In this document: positions 18,240 through 26,584 of the stretch, piece by piece
Numbering within the stretch: position 1 is the stretch's first letter
Layout of the letters: the number at the start of each line of letters is the position of its first letter
DNA from: an uncultured Christensenella sp.
GTDB lineage: Bacteria; Bacillota; Clostridia; Christensenellales; UBA3700
Direction: 5' to 3'
Length of the DNA: 64,000 nucleotides
Assembly: GCA_949290515.1 (NCBI GenBank)
Contig: CASERZ010000010.1
Location: 22,153-86,152, forward strand
Notes under the pieces: generated by a model
The model's database searches: none
The model's input: only the letters and a program-made list of their open reading frames with translations
Told to the model about the DNA's origin: nothing
Program-made: the position numbers and the translations under genes

Positions 18240-18740
18240 ATTTGTCCGTTTTGTTGCGATTATCAATGCGCCGCGTCGCGCAGTCGCGCAACTACCATTA
18301 AGCACAACTACACTTTGCACAAAATTAATTCAGAAGTCTAATTTCGTTGTGTCAAGTTTGTATATCGCAAATGTAAACACTCGTATAGCAATTAGACCAC
18401 TATTCTCAACTGCCCTTGCATATTTCAAAAGCGTAAGCAATCGCATAGGTAAACGGTTGAACAATACGTCTTAGTAAAGGTTTGAGTAAATCTCTGCGCA
18501 TAATTCTTTGACATAACGCGCCACACTCTCAAGGAGCGTCTTAAAGCTTTGTCGCGCTTTTTATTACCGTCTTTGTTTACGATATATCCTTGCGACTTAC
18601 TACTTTGCACCGTTAAATGCTTTTTGCTAATTTACAAAATATCAATTAATTCAACTTATGCAAAAACTCTTTTATGCTAATCGCTCGTGTTAACGCGTTT
18701 TCCCGAATTCAATAAGACCGCTACGCTTATCGCGGGATAT

Positions 18741-18769
18741 AAAAAAGCACGGCGTTTGCCGTGCTTTTT
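18741..18769 (-). terminator. Rho-independent (bidirectional) terminator
   Basis: AAAAAAGCACGGC-gttt-GCCGTGCTTTTT. Confidence 0.85.
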
Positions 18770-18792
18770 ATATTTGCATTTGTTAATTTTGG

Positions 18793-19731
18793 TTATGCGA
18801 TATTCTGCAATTCCTCGGCGGTTATCTCTGCGTCGCCGTAGGTATATACGCTTTCGCATACCTGCTCGCAGTTTATCGTAAGAACGCCTTTATATTTTCC
18901 GCTGTAGATTTCCGTTCTTCTCCAAGCTACAAACTGCATTGCTCCGTCAATTTCCTTGATTGCAAAGTCGAATACTACCACGTCGTCCTTTATAGCAAAT
19001 CCTTCTTCGTCTGCGCCCGTCTGAGTGAGAAAGTCGTCGAGTGCAACTCTGAATTCCGTCTGCATCATCTCGGGAGTACAATTGAGGCTCATCGAGCAAT
19101 AGTAGGTATCGCCTACTTTGTAAATCTTATCGTCGTGCTTAGGAGACAAGTTCTCTTTTTTGAAGAAGTTGTAAGTTGTAAGTTGGTCTTTATACAGATA
19201 ATTCTCTTGCTCTACGTCTCCCTCGAAAGCTACAAAGTCTTCCCATTTTTCAGTTGTGAACTCGTCGGTTTCGCGGTTGTATTTTACCGACGTTCTTCTG
19301 CTGAAACCTTTATCGTCGGAGTTATAGTTGGATTCGAACGCGTTTGCTCCGTCAAAATAATACTTCTTTGCGCAGCTGCCCTTATCTTCACCCGTGCCAA
19401 CTATTATTTCCTGAGAGTATATCTTATCGTCGACAATCTTTCTCGTAAGCTTTGTTTCTCTCGTAGCAAAATCCAACGCACCGTTGAAAGCTTTGAACGA
19501 AAATCTCTCTTGTCTTGTGTAATTTGTGCTGGCTATCCAGTTGTTGTAAGCTTCTACTATCAAATCGTGTGCACCGCTGTCCTGTGCGACGGTAGCGCTA
19601 TCGTATTTTGCAAAGTTTTCGTCTTCAATCAATATCAGCTGAGTGATATCTCTGTCCTGACAAGCGGCAAAAGCGAATACGCTTGCCGTAAGCGTGAGAA
19701 TCAATAATGCTATTACAATAATTTTCTTCAT
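18793..19731 (-). CDS. Hypothetical lipoprotein
   Basis: MKKIIVIALLILTLTASVFAFAA|C lipobox after the GGAGG RBS. Confidence 0.75.
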   Translation of the reverse strand: MKKIIVIALLILTLTASVFAFAACQDRDITQLILIEDENFAKYDSATVAQDSGAHDLIVEAYNNWIASTNYTRQERFSFKAFNGALDFATRETKLTRKIVDDKIYSQEIIVGTGEDKGSCAKKYYFDGANAFESNYNSDDKGFSRRTSVKYNRETDEFTTEKWEDFVAFEGDVEQENYLYKDQLTTYNFFKKENLSPKHDDKIYKVGDTYYCSMSLNCTPEMMQTEFRVALDDFLTQTGADEEGFAIKDDVVVFDFAIKEIDGAMQFVAWRRTEIYSGKYKGVLTINCEQVCESVYTYGDAEITAEELQNIA

Positions 19732-19884
19732 AATTCCTCCGTGTACGCGGGAGCATACAATTCTATTAAACATAAATATGGCCTTGTTGTCAATAATTTA
19801 ACCGCTATATCGGCATAAATATCTGTCGAAAGAAAAAGGCAAGTCCCGCGACTTGCCATAATTGTTGCTATCTTTGATAAAAGA

Positions 19885-21837
19885 TTAACGCTCTGCCCGC
19901 TCAATCAGACATTCGAAAGGACGTAGATTCAGCTTGCCGTACTTGACGTTTGTATCATTATGATTGATTATAAATCTTATACTGTCCTTGCCTTCGCCTC
20001 TCTCTACGACTTCTACGCCGACGGGAGAATCGACAGTCTTTATTTGCGCCGACGCGAGAATATCTTTTACGAGCAAGGACAAAAGCCCGTTGTCGAGCGA
20101 GGTACCGATATACCATACTTTTCCTTTGTCGCAGGAATTTTTGAGTACTGCCGAGCAATCGCTGTAAAACTCGTCGCCGTAACGGAAAAGCGATTGTGCC
20201 TTATCCGCCACGAGCATATCTCTGAAAACTCCCGCGCGTCCGCTTTTGCCTTGATATTCTCCCTGTCCTTCGAGCACGAAACCGTCCTCGTCCTCCACGC
20301 TTTCGCATTCGCGCACATAGCCGCCTATCAAATCGTCAAGGTCTACGGGAATGACTTTGCCTAACGTCAGATTGTTGTTTACATCCTTGACAGACGTGCG
20401 GTATGTCATAATAACATTGCCGCCGTCATTGACGTATTCTTTAATCCTCTTTCTCAACTTATCGTCGCAAACTGTGAGCGCGGGGATTATCAGCAATTTA
20501 TATTTTTGCCACTCCCTTTCGGCGGGTATAATGTCGACGGGGACATTATAATCGAAAAACGCCTTATAGAGTTTTTTCATTTCCTTTTGATTGTCATAGC
20601 TTATACTCTGCGGTTGCAACCTCATTGAAGCTAACGAATCGAAAGAGTAAATCATTGCGCATTCGCTCTTGAAAGGCGTAGCGAGAATTTCTCCGTATCC
20701 TCTAATTTCCTTGAAGAAGGACTGCGCTTCGTAAAATTTTCTTCTCGGCACGTTGTCGCAGTCGATTATGCCGTAACAAAACTGCTCCGCGCCTTTCGCC
20801 CCCTCTCTGTACCTGAAGTAAAGCAAACCGTCCGCGCCTCGCGCCACACTCTCATAGCTCCACATCTTTGCCTGATTGGGACGGGGCAAAAAGCCGTTGA
20901 CATTGTGTCCCTGCGCACCCATTATGGCTTCGGTGATAATTATGTTTTCGCCTTTGAGACCGCGCGCATAATCAAGACCGAAAGCTATTTCGTGAGGAGG
21001 CAACGGACGCATTTGGCCGCCCCATACGGGATAGTTGTTGTAAGCGACTTTGTCAATGTATTTTGCCGTATCTGAATAATCCACGCTCTTGTCAAGCCCC
21101 CCGCCCGGAAAATCGTGCAAAACTACCGCGTCGGGAATTACGCTCTTTATTATATCCGCCTGTACTTTAAGAAACTCGACGATATTCTGACTGCAAAATC
21201 TCTCGTAGTCCAGTCTTAAAGACGGATTGTGCGTAGTTATCGTATTGTAAGGCAAAGGCACTTCGTCAAAAGAATTGTATTCCTGACTCCAGAATGCCGT
21301 ACCGTAAGCCTCATTGAGCACGTCGGTATTGCCGTATTTGTTTGCCAGATATGCGTCAAACTTGTTTTTGCACTTGTCGCACCAGCACACGTCGCTACCC
21401 TCGTGTCCCAACTCGTTGTCTATCTGCCACGCGATTACGTTTGCTTCGTTTTTGTAATGCTCGGCAAGTGCACGCACTATCTTTTTGCAATATTCCACAT
21501 AAATCTCGCTGCTGAAACAATAGGTATGCCTGCCGCCGAAAACACGCTTTCTTCCGTATTCGTCCGTTTGAATGATATCGGGGTGCTTATGGATAAGCCA
21601 CGCGGGAGGGGTAGCCGTAGGAGTACCGATGATTACTTTGAGCTCCCTTGCCTTTGCCTTGGCAATAATGTCGTCAAAATACGAAAAATCGTATTCGCCC
21701 TCTCGCTTTTCCATTCTGTGCCACGAAAACTCGCCTATTCTTATGACGTTGCACCCCAGCTCGCATATACGGTCAAGGTCGCCGTCCGTCATCAAACCGT
21801 CCCATTGTTCGGGATAATAGTCCACACCCAAAAGCAT
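19885..21837 (-). CDS. Beta-galactosidase, GH42
   Basis: GVDYYPEQW, RIGEFSW..EKREG.YDF, GTPTATPPAW, WQIDNE (acid/base), GAEQF. Confidence 0.95.
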   Translation of the reverse strand: MLLGVDYYPEQWDGLMTDGDLDRICELGCNVIRIGEFSWHRMEKREGEYDFSYFDDIIAKAKARELKVIIGTPTATPPAWLIHKHPDIIQTDEYGRKRVFGGRHTYCFSSEIYVEYCKKIVRALAEHYKNEANVIAWQIDNELGHEGSDVCWCDKCKNKFDAYLANKYGNTDVLNEAYGTAFWSQEYNSFDEVPLPYNTITTHNPSLRLDYERFCSQNIVEFLKVQADIIKSVIPDAVVLHDFPGGGLDKSVDYSDTAKYIDKVAYNNYPVWGGQMRPLPPHEIAFGLDYARGLKGENIIITEAIMGAQGHNVNGFLPRPNQAKMWSYESVARGADGLLYFRYREGAKGAEQFCYGIIDCDNVPRRKFYEAQSFFKEIRGYGEILATPFKSECAMIYSFDSLASMRLQPQSISYDNQKEMKKLYKAFFDYNVPVDIIPAEREWQKYKLLIIPALTVCDDKLRKRIKEYVNDGGNVIMTYRTSVKDVNNNLTLGKVIPVDLDDLIGGYVRECESVEDEDGFVLEGQGEYQGKSGRAGVFRDMLVADKAQSLFRYGDEFYSDCSAVLKNSCDKGKVWYIGTSLDNGLLSLLVKDILASAQIKTVDSPVGVEVVERGEGKDSIRFIINHNDTNVKYGKLNLRPFECLIERAER

Positions 21838-21878
21838 AAAAGCCTCCTTAAATATCAAACTTGTCGCATATTGCGATA

Positions 21879-23396
21879 TTAAAGTTTACCGTCGCTTGCG
21901 TCAGGCTTGTCTTGCCCGTCATCCTGCACAGTCTTGTCTGTAAGTCCTTCGTATGCGTCGTGCTCTGCCTGCGTATTGACAGGCTCGTTACCCGCATATA
22001 CTGCCTCAGCCAAACCGTCCTCCAAAGAAGCGGTTTCGGTTTCCTTACGCTCTTTCAGCTCGTCCATAATCTGCTTGTAATATTTATCCTTAAGTTTGTA
22101 TTTCTTAAGATAAATAATAAGACACAAGAGCGAGAATATCGCGGGAATTATAATCATAATTATTCTCATACCTGCTACGGTTTTGCTGCTCTGCGTTTCG
22201 TTGGCTACAAAGCCTATCAGCTTCAGCCCTACGCCTGATATCAACGCACTGAAAGCTCCCGCGAATTTTACGACGAATGTCTGCGTGGAAAAGAGTACGC
22301 TTTCGTTTCGCGATTTGAATTTGTATTCTCCGTAGTCCACTACTTCCGAGAGAATTACGGTTACTATTACAAGCATAAATCCTATTCCTATATTTACTAT
22401 CGCACTGCAAAAACCTACGAATACCGCGCTCGTAGGAGCAACGTAACCCGCCAAAAACAGCAGCGCAAAACCTACTACGGGGAAAAGGCACGCAAGGATA
22501 AACAATACCGTCTTGTTTACCTTTATCCTCAAAATAGGGAAAAGGAAAAGCGCGCCTATCTGCGCTATACCCGCAACAGCCGTGTATACGGAAAACAAAC
22601 TTTCCTTTACGCCGCAAACGTACTCAAAATAATAGAGCGCGAAACTGTTGGACAACTGGTAAGCCAGATTGAAAAACAATGCTATCATCAACACTACCAA
22701 TACCTGGTCGTTTTTGAACAATACCTTGAGCATCTTCTTTATACTCGTCTTCTCTCCCGTACCTGCCGTAGCGATTACCCTTTCTTTTGTGTTGAATACG
22801 GTTATCGTCGAGGTGATGACGAATATCACGCTTATGATGAAAGCAAACCACGCAAAACCCTTTATCTGGTCGCCTCCGCCTAAGCCCTTGACTATATAAA
22901 GTCCGCCAGAGCCTACTATCAACCACGCGAAACTCGCAAACAGTCTGGGTATCGCGCTTATCTGGTTACGCTCGTTTTCGTTGTTGGTCAAAGCGGGCAC
23001 CATACTCCAGTAAGGTATATCCATAAGCGTATAGGTCATACCCCACAGTACATACATAAATCCTATATATACCGCATACTTGACGCCCGATATGTTGACG
23101 TTGAGATAAAGCAGTATAAGGACTACTGCGTTGAGCAACGTACCTATCATTATCCAGGGTCTGAATTTACCCCAACGCGTGCGGGTGTTGTCCACTATAT
23201 ACCCCATCGCAGTATCGTTGACAGCGTCCCATATTCTCGCAACCGCAAAAAGTACGCCTACAAAAGCCGCGTCTACCAGCCTGACGTCAGTCAGGTACTT
23301 CATAAGAAAAGTCGATACTATGGCATACACCAAGTCCTTACCGAATGCTCCCAGTCCGAAACTCAGCTTTGAACGCCACGAAAGTTTTTCGTCCAT
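21879..23396 (-). CDS. melB: Melibiose/galactoside:cation symporter (GPH family)
   Basis: SFGLGAFGKD, RIWDAVND, TRTRWGKFRPW, YTLMDIPYWSMVP; about 12 TM. Confidence 0.85.
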   Translation of the reverse strand: MDEKLSWRSKLSFGLGAFGKDLVYAIVSTFLMKYLTDVRLVDAAFVGVLFAVARIWDAVNDTAMGYIVDNTRTRWGKFRPWIMIGTLLNAVVLILLYLNVNISGVKYAVYIGFMYVLWGMTYTLMDIPYWSMVPALTNNENERNQISAIPRLFASFAWLIVGSGGLYIVKGLGGGDQIKGFAWFAFIISVIFVITSTITVFNTKERVIATAGTGEKTSIKKMLKVLFKNDQVLVVLMIALFFNLAYQLSNSFALYYFEYVCGVKESLFSVYTAVAGIAQIGALFLFPILRIKVNKTVLFILACLFPVVGFALLFLAGYVAPTSAVFVGFCSAIVNIGIGFMLVIVTVILSEVVDYGEYKFKSRNESVLFSTQTFVVKFAGAFSALISGVGLKLIGFVANETQSSKTVAGMRIIMIIIPAIFSLLCLIIYLKKYKLKDKYYKQIMDELKERKETETASLEDGLAEAVYAGNEPVNTQAEHDAYEGLTDKTVQDDGQDKPDASDGKL

Positions 23397-23496
23397 AATT
23401 CTCTCCTTATTTTTTATTACTCCCTTATTATTAGCAAAAAAACCTTTTCTAAAATACGCATTACGGCATTTTTAAAATAGCTGTACTTTTGCTAAG

Positions 23497-23508
23497 CTAA
23501 CCGGTTTT
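23497..23508. promoter_or_regulatory. Possible LacI-family operator upstream of melB
   Basis: TAACCGGTTT palindrome with central CG near the putative melB promoter; a second candidate AAAACGATTTT lies at about 23633-23643. Confidence 0.35.
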
Positions 23509-23734
23509 ATTATCATTCCTTTAAACGTCAATATAAATACCGAATTTTTAAAATTTAGTAAAAAAGAAAAAAATTTGACCGTCAAAACATAATATAATCT
23601 TAAAAGCTTTAGTTTTATATTTGCTTTAAGGTAAAACGATTTTGTATAATTTGTCTAAAGTTTATCTACAATTGGAAAAAACATATTGTCTTTTACTGTT
23701 TTATACTATATAATTAGAGCGTAGGAGATTTTTT

Positions 23735-25018
23735 ATGCAAAATTCAATGTTCGATAAAGAATGGTTCAGACTGGACAACGCCGCTAAGATTTACCCCGCG
23801 GCGAGAAACAACCGTTGGAACAACGTCTTCAGAATGTCCGTCGTACTCAAAGAAGAGGTAAAACCCGACGTACTCCAGCAGGCTCTGGAAGACGTCATCG
23901 ACCGTTTCCCCTCGTTCAGAGTTACTCTTAAAAAAGGCTTTTTCTGGTACTATTTCCAGTTTGTTACGTCCAAGCCCAAAATTCAGGAGGAAAAGTCTTT
24001 CCCCTGCACTATGATGCGCCTTAAAGGCAAGGGCTACATATTCAGAGTGCTCTATCACTCTCACCGCATATCCGTGGAAGTCTTCCACTCCATCACTGAC
24101 GGTACGGGTAATATCACTTTTCTCAAAACACTCGTCGCTAGATACTGCGAGCTCTGCGGTGCCAAAATCGCCGACTACGGCGACGTGCTTCACTATGACG
24201 ACGACCCTACTCTCGAAGAAGTCGAAGATTCATTTGCAAGATACGTCGATAAGAGCAAGGGAACTATAGGCAGAAGCGAACCTACCGCTTATCAAATTAA
24301 AGGTCAGAGAGAAAAAAGAGGCGTTCTTAACGTTACGCAAGGCAGTATGCCTTTCGAACAGCTCCACAAAGTCGCTAAGTCTTACGGCTGTACTATCAAT
24401 ACTTATCTCTCCAGCGTAATCGCTTACGTTTACCTAAGACGTCAGCTGTACGAAAATAAGTCAAAGAAAAAACCCGTAAAAATTCAGATTCCTATCAACC
24501 TCAGAAAAATTTTCCCTTCTGTTACGATGAGAAACTTCGCGGGCTTCTTCAATACCTCACTCTCACCCGAAGAGCAAACCTTCGAGGAAGTATGCAAAGA
24601 GATGAACAGACAAATCAAAGACTTCGTGACTCCAGAGTACTGCCAGAAGTTTATCAACTCCAACGTATCTCTGGAACAAGTCCCCCTCATCAGAATCGCA
24701 CCCAGATTTTTGAAGACTTTCTTTATGAATATGTCCTTCAGAGCAGTAGGCGAAAGACTTATGTCGATTTGCCTCTCCAACGTAGGTAACGTCGTTATGC
24801 CCAAAGAACTTGACGATTATATCGACCGCTTCGAATTCCTTATCGGTCCTCAAAAGTTTATCGACCACGCGATGACTGCTATATCTTTCAACGGTACTAC
24901 GCTCGTATCCTTTACGCGTACCATCAAAAATTCTACGGTCGAAAGAGACTTTTTCAAAGTGCTGGTCGAACATGGTATCGACGTCACTATCAATACTAAC
25001 AGGGGGTATGACGTATGA
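23735..25018 (+). CDS. Alcohol acetyltransferase / condensation-domain CoA-dependent acyltransferase
   Basis: WFRLDNAAKIYP N-terminus, HSITDG (HxxxDG) catalytic motif, IPINLR, LSNVG. Confidence 0.8.
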   Translation: MQNSMFDKEWFRLDNAAKIYPAARNNRWNNVFRMSVVLKEEVKPDVLQQALEDVIDRFPSFRVTLKKGFFWYYFQFVTSKPKIQEEKSFPCTMMRLKGKGYIFRVLYHSHRISVEVFHSITDGTGNITFLKTLVARYCELCGAKIADYGDVLHYDDDPTLEEVEDSFARYVDKSKGTIGRSEPTAYQIKGQREKRGVLNVTQGSMPFEQLHKVAKSYGCTINTYLSSVIAYVYLRRQLYENKSKKKPVKIQIPINLRKIFPSVTMRNFAGFFNTSLSPEEQTFEEVCKEMNRQIKDFVTPEYCQKFINSNVSLEQVPLIRIAPRFLKTFFMNMSFRAVGERLMSICLSNVGNVVMPKELDDYIDRFEFLIGPQKFIDHAMTAISFNGTTLVSFTRTIKNSTVERDFFKVLVEHGIDVTINTNRGYDV

Positions 25019-25686
25019 AACATCAGTGTCGTAAATGCGGAGTGTACGTAGAAGACGGACTCAAAAACTGTCCCCTCTGCGGTGCGTTTATCTCCGACGA
25101 AGAAGGAACAAATATCTATGAGTTTCCCAAAATAAAACTCAAAACTGCCAGATGGCTGTTTTTCAAAATAGTGCTGTTTATATCAATCTTTACGGTTGCG
25201 ACGGTGCTTGCTATCGACCTCGCGGTAAATAAAACCGTTTCGTGGTCGCTCCACGTAGTATTCCCTATCTTCCTCTTGTGGATTACGGTAGGCCGCTCGA
25301 TTATCAAAGGCTTTAACGCAAGAAAACACCTCGCGTGGGACTTTGCAGGACTAATCGCGCTATTCTTCTATATCGAGCACTTTACCAACACCGCAAGCCG
25401 GCACTGGGCATTTACCCTTGCCGCTCCTATCGCGGTGCTCGTATGGGCGACGGTACTCGAAATTCTCTATTTCGCACACCGTTCGAGCAAGGACGACTAT
25501 CAGGTCGCGCTGACGAGACTCTTCTTTATCTCGGCAATCTGCATAGGCATCTCTTTCCTCTGGCTCAAAACCTGTAACTGGGGCTGGTACGTATGTACCG
25601 CAAGAGGTCTTGTAGACGTCATCGCAATGTCGCTCTTTGACAGAGAATCCTATGCCAACACCCTAAGACAAAAACTGCATCTTTGA
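25015..25686 (+). CDS. Zinc-ribbon membrane protein (DUF6320-like)
   Basis: CRKC...CPLC followed by about 6 TM helices; ATGA overlap with the upstream acyltransferase. Confidence 0.7.
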   Translation: MKHQCRKCGVYVEDGLKNCPLCGAFISDEEGTNIYEFPKIKLKTARWLFFKIVLFISIFTVATVLAIDLAVNKTVSWSLHVVFPIFLLWITVGRSIIKGFNARKHLAWDFAGLIALFFYIEHFTNTASRHWAFTLAAPIAVLVWATVLEILYFAHRSSKDDYQVALTRLFFISAICIGISFLWLKTCNWGWYVCTARGLVDVIAMSLFDRESYANTLRQKLHL

Positions 25687-25696
25687 TAAATAATCC

Positions 25697-25720
25697 CAAA
25701 AGCTCCCTCGGGAGCTTTTG
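25697..25720 (+). terminator. Terminator overlapping the terminal CRISPR repeat remnant
   Basis: CAAAAGCTCC-ctcg-GGAGCTTTTG. Confidence 0.75.
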
Positions 25721-25739
25721 TTGTTTGGTATGGTATAAT
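25715..25739 (+). CRISPR. Degenerate terminal repeat (3' 25 nt of the 36-nt repeat)
   Basis: CTTTTGTTGTTTGGTATGGTATAAT is identical to repeat positions 12-36. Confidence 0.9.
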
Positions 25740-25889
25740 CTCGGCAGAATCGTCTTCCATTTCTTCTTTCGCGTCATCAAAATGCGCCCAGACTTTTTCC
25801 TGCTCGTCTTCTGGAAGACTGTCTATCTCGTTGAGCAGTTCGTCCAAGCGTTCAATGACGCTCTTCTTTTTTTTTCCAAAATTTGCCAT
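25740..25889 (-). pseudogene. 5' fragment of an acidic phage scaffold-like gene, truncated by the repeat
   Basis: AGGAGG RBS, then MANFGKKKK...EEMEDDSAE, then reads into repeat-encoded IIPYQTTK. Confidence 0.55.
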
Positions 25890-25914
25890 ATTTGCCTCCT
25901 GTTTTAATTTTTGT

Positions 25915-25985
25915 GTATAAAAAAAGACGGCTTAACCGTCCTTATTTATCGTTGTATAAAAAAAGCAACCTGTCAAGGTTGCCTT
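25915..25985 (-). terminator. Two tandem rho-independent terminators inside the insert
   Basis: Minus strand GCAACC-ttgaca-GGTTGC followed by T-run+ATAC, and GACGG-ttaag-CCGTC followed by T-run+ATAC. Confidence 0.75.
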
Positions 25986-26003
25986 AGCGTTTAGTATTTC
26001 TTA

Positions 26004-26273
26004 TCAATACAGTATAGTGTCAAATATATTTTTCGGCTTTACCGGCGGGAAGTATCTGTCATAGTCCTCGTCCGTAAGCGGTGTGCCGCGCTCTATCGCT
26101 TCCTCACACATTTTTTTGAAGTCCGGATTGTCTAACCCATACGGCATAGTTATAGGTATCATCGGACAATGCCCGAATTTTTCCTCGTATCTGTCGTAAT
26201 AAGCCGTATAATCTTCTTGTGGTTGCGCCTTGACACTTTTTTTAAGCTTCTCGATATTTTCTTTTTTCATCAT
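26004..26273 (-). CDS. Intact 89-aa hypothetical protein (putative immunity protein by position)
   Basis: AGGAG RBS, ATGA overlap with the upstream ORF stop, followed by terminators. Confidence 0.65.
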   Translation of the reverse strand: MMKKENIEKLKKSVKAQPQEDYTAYYDRYEEKFGHCPMIPITMPYGLDNPDFKKMCEEAIERGTPLTDEDYDRYFPPVKPKNIFDTILY

Positions 26274-26584
26274 TCTACTCTCCTTGCTTTTATTTCACCC
26301 GATTTAAGTTTACCGTATATCTCCTCAAAAGTCAATACCGTATTAGGAATATATTCTTTCAAGATTGCGTAAGATTCGGGACTGGTAGCTTTTGCGCTTG
26401 CAATTTCTGCGAAAGCTTCCGCGGCTCTTGCGTCTCCGAATTTATCCCAATATCCTCTTGCGTGTCCGGCGCAGACAAACTCTTTTCCTCTTGTCAAGCC
26501 ATTTAATATGTCTCCCATATCTTTCCATTTTTTTGTTGCTCTTTTTCGTCCTTCTTCGCCGCTTTCATTGACAAACGCCTCTCT
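26270..26584 (-). pseudogene. 3' fragment of a phage minor capsid/MuF-like protein C-terminal (peptidase-like toxin) domain
   Basis: Frame is open right up to the repeat boundary (REAFVNESGEEGRKRATKKWKDMGDILNGLTRGK...GHARGYW...EAFAEIASA...LKEYIP). The GH..xYW/EAFAE pattern is typical of such domains. Confidence 0.55.

Larger units (their letters stand above)
25740..26584. mobile_element. 845-bp phage-like fragment occupying a CRISPR spacer position
   Basis: Bounded exactly by a repeat end (TATAAT) and a repeat start (GTTTTAG). Contains two truncated ORFs, one intact ORF and tandem terminators on the minus strand. Confidence 0.75.

Noticed and set aside
25650-25739. C-terminal part of the 79-aa ORF 25650-25889
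   Set aside because: It is encoded by the repeat remnant and terminator, so it is read-through of a truncated gene rather than a native C-terminus.
26512-26527. Weak similarity of spacer 27768-27797 (CTCCCATA...TTTCCA) to the insert
   Set aside because: Only 8 contiguous identities and it needs a gap; chance level.
25740-26584. Interpretation of the insert as an IS, integrated prophage or anti-CRISPR cassette
   Set aside because: There is no transposase, integrase, terminal inverted repeat, target duplication or Aca-like HTH gene, and both flanking ORFs are simply cut at repeat edges. An Acr role for the 89-aa ORF cannot be excluded but has no support.
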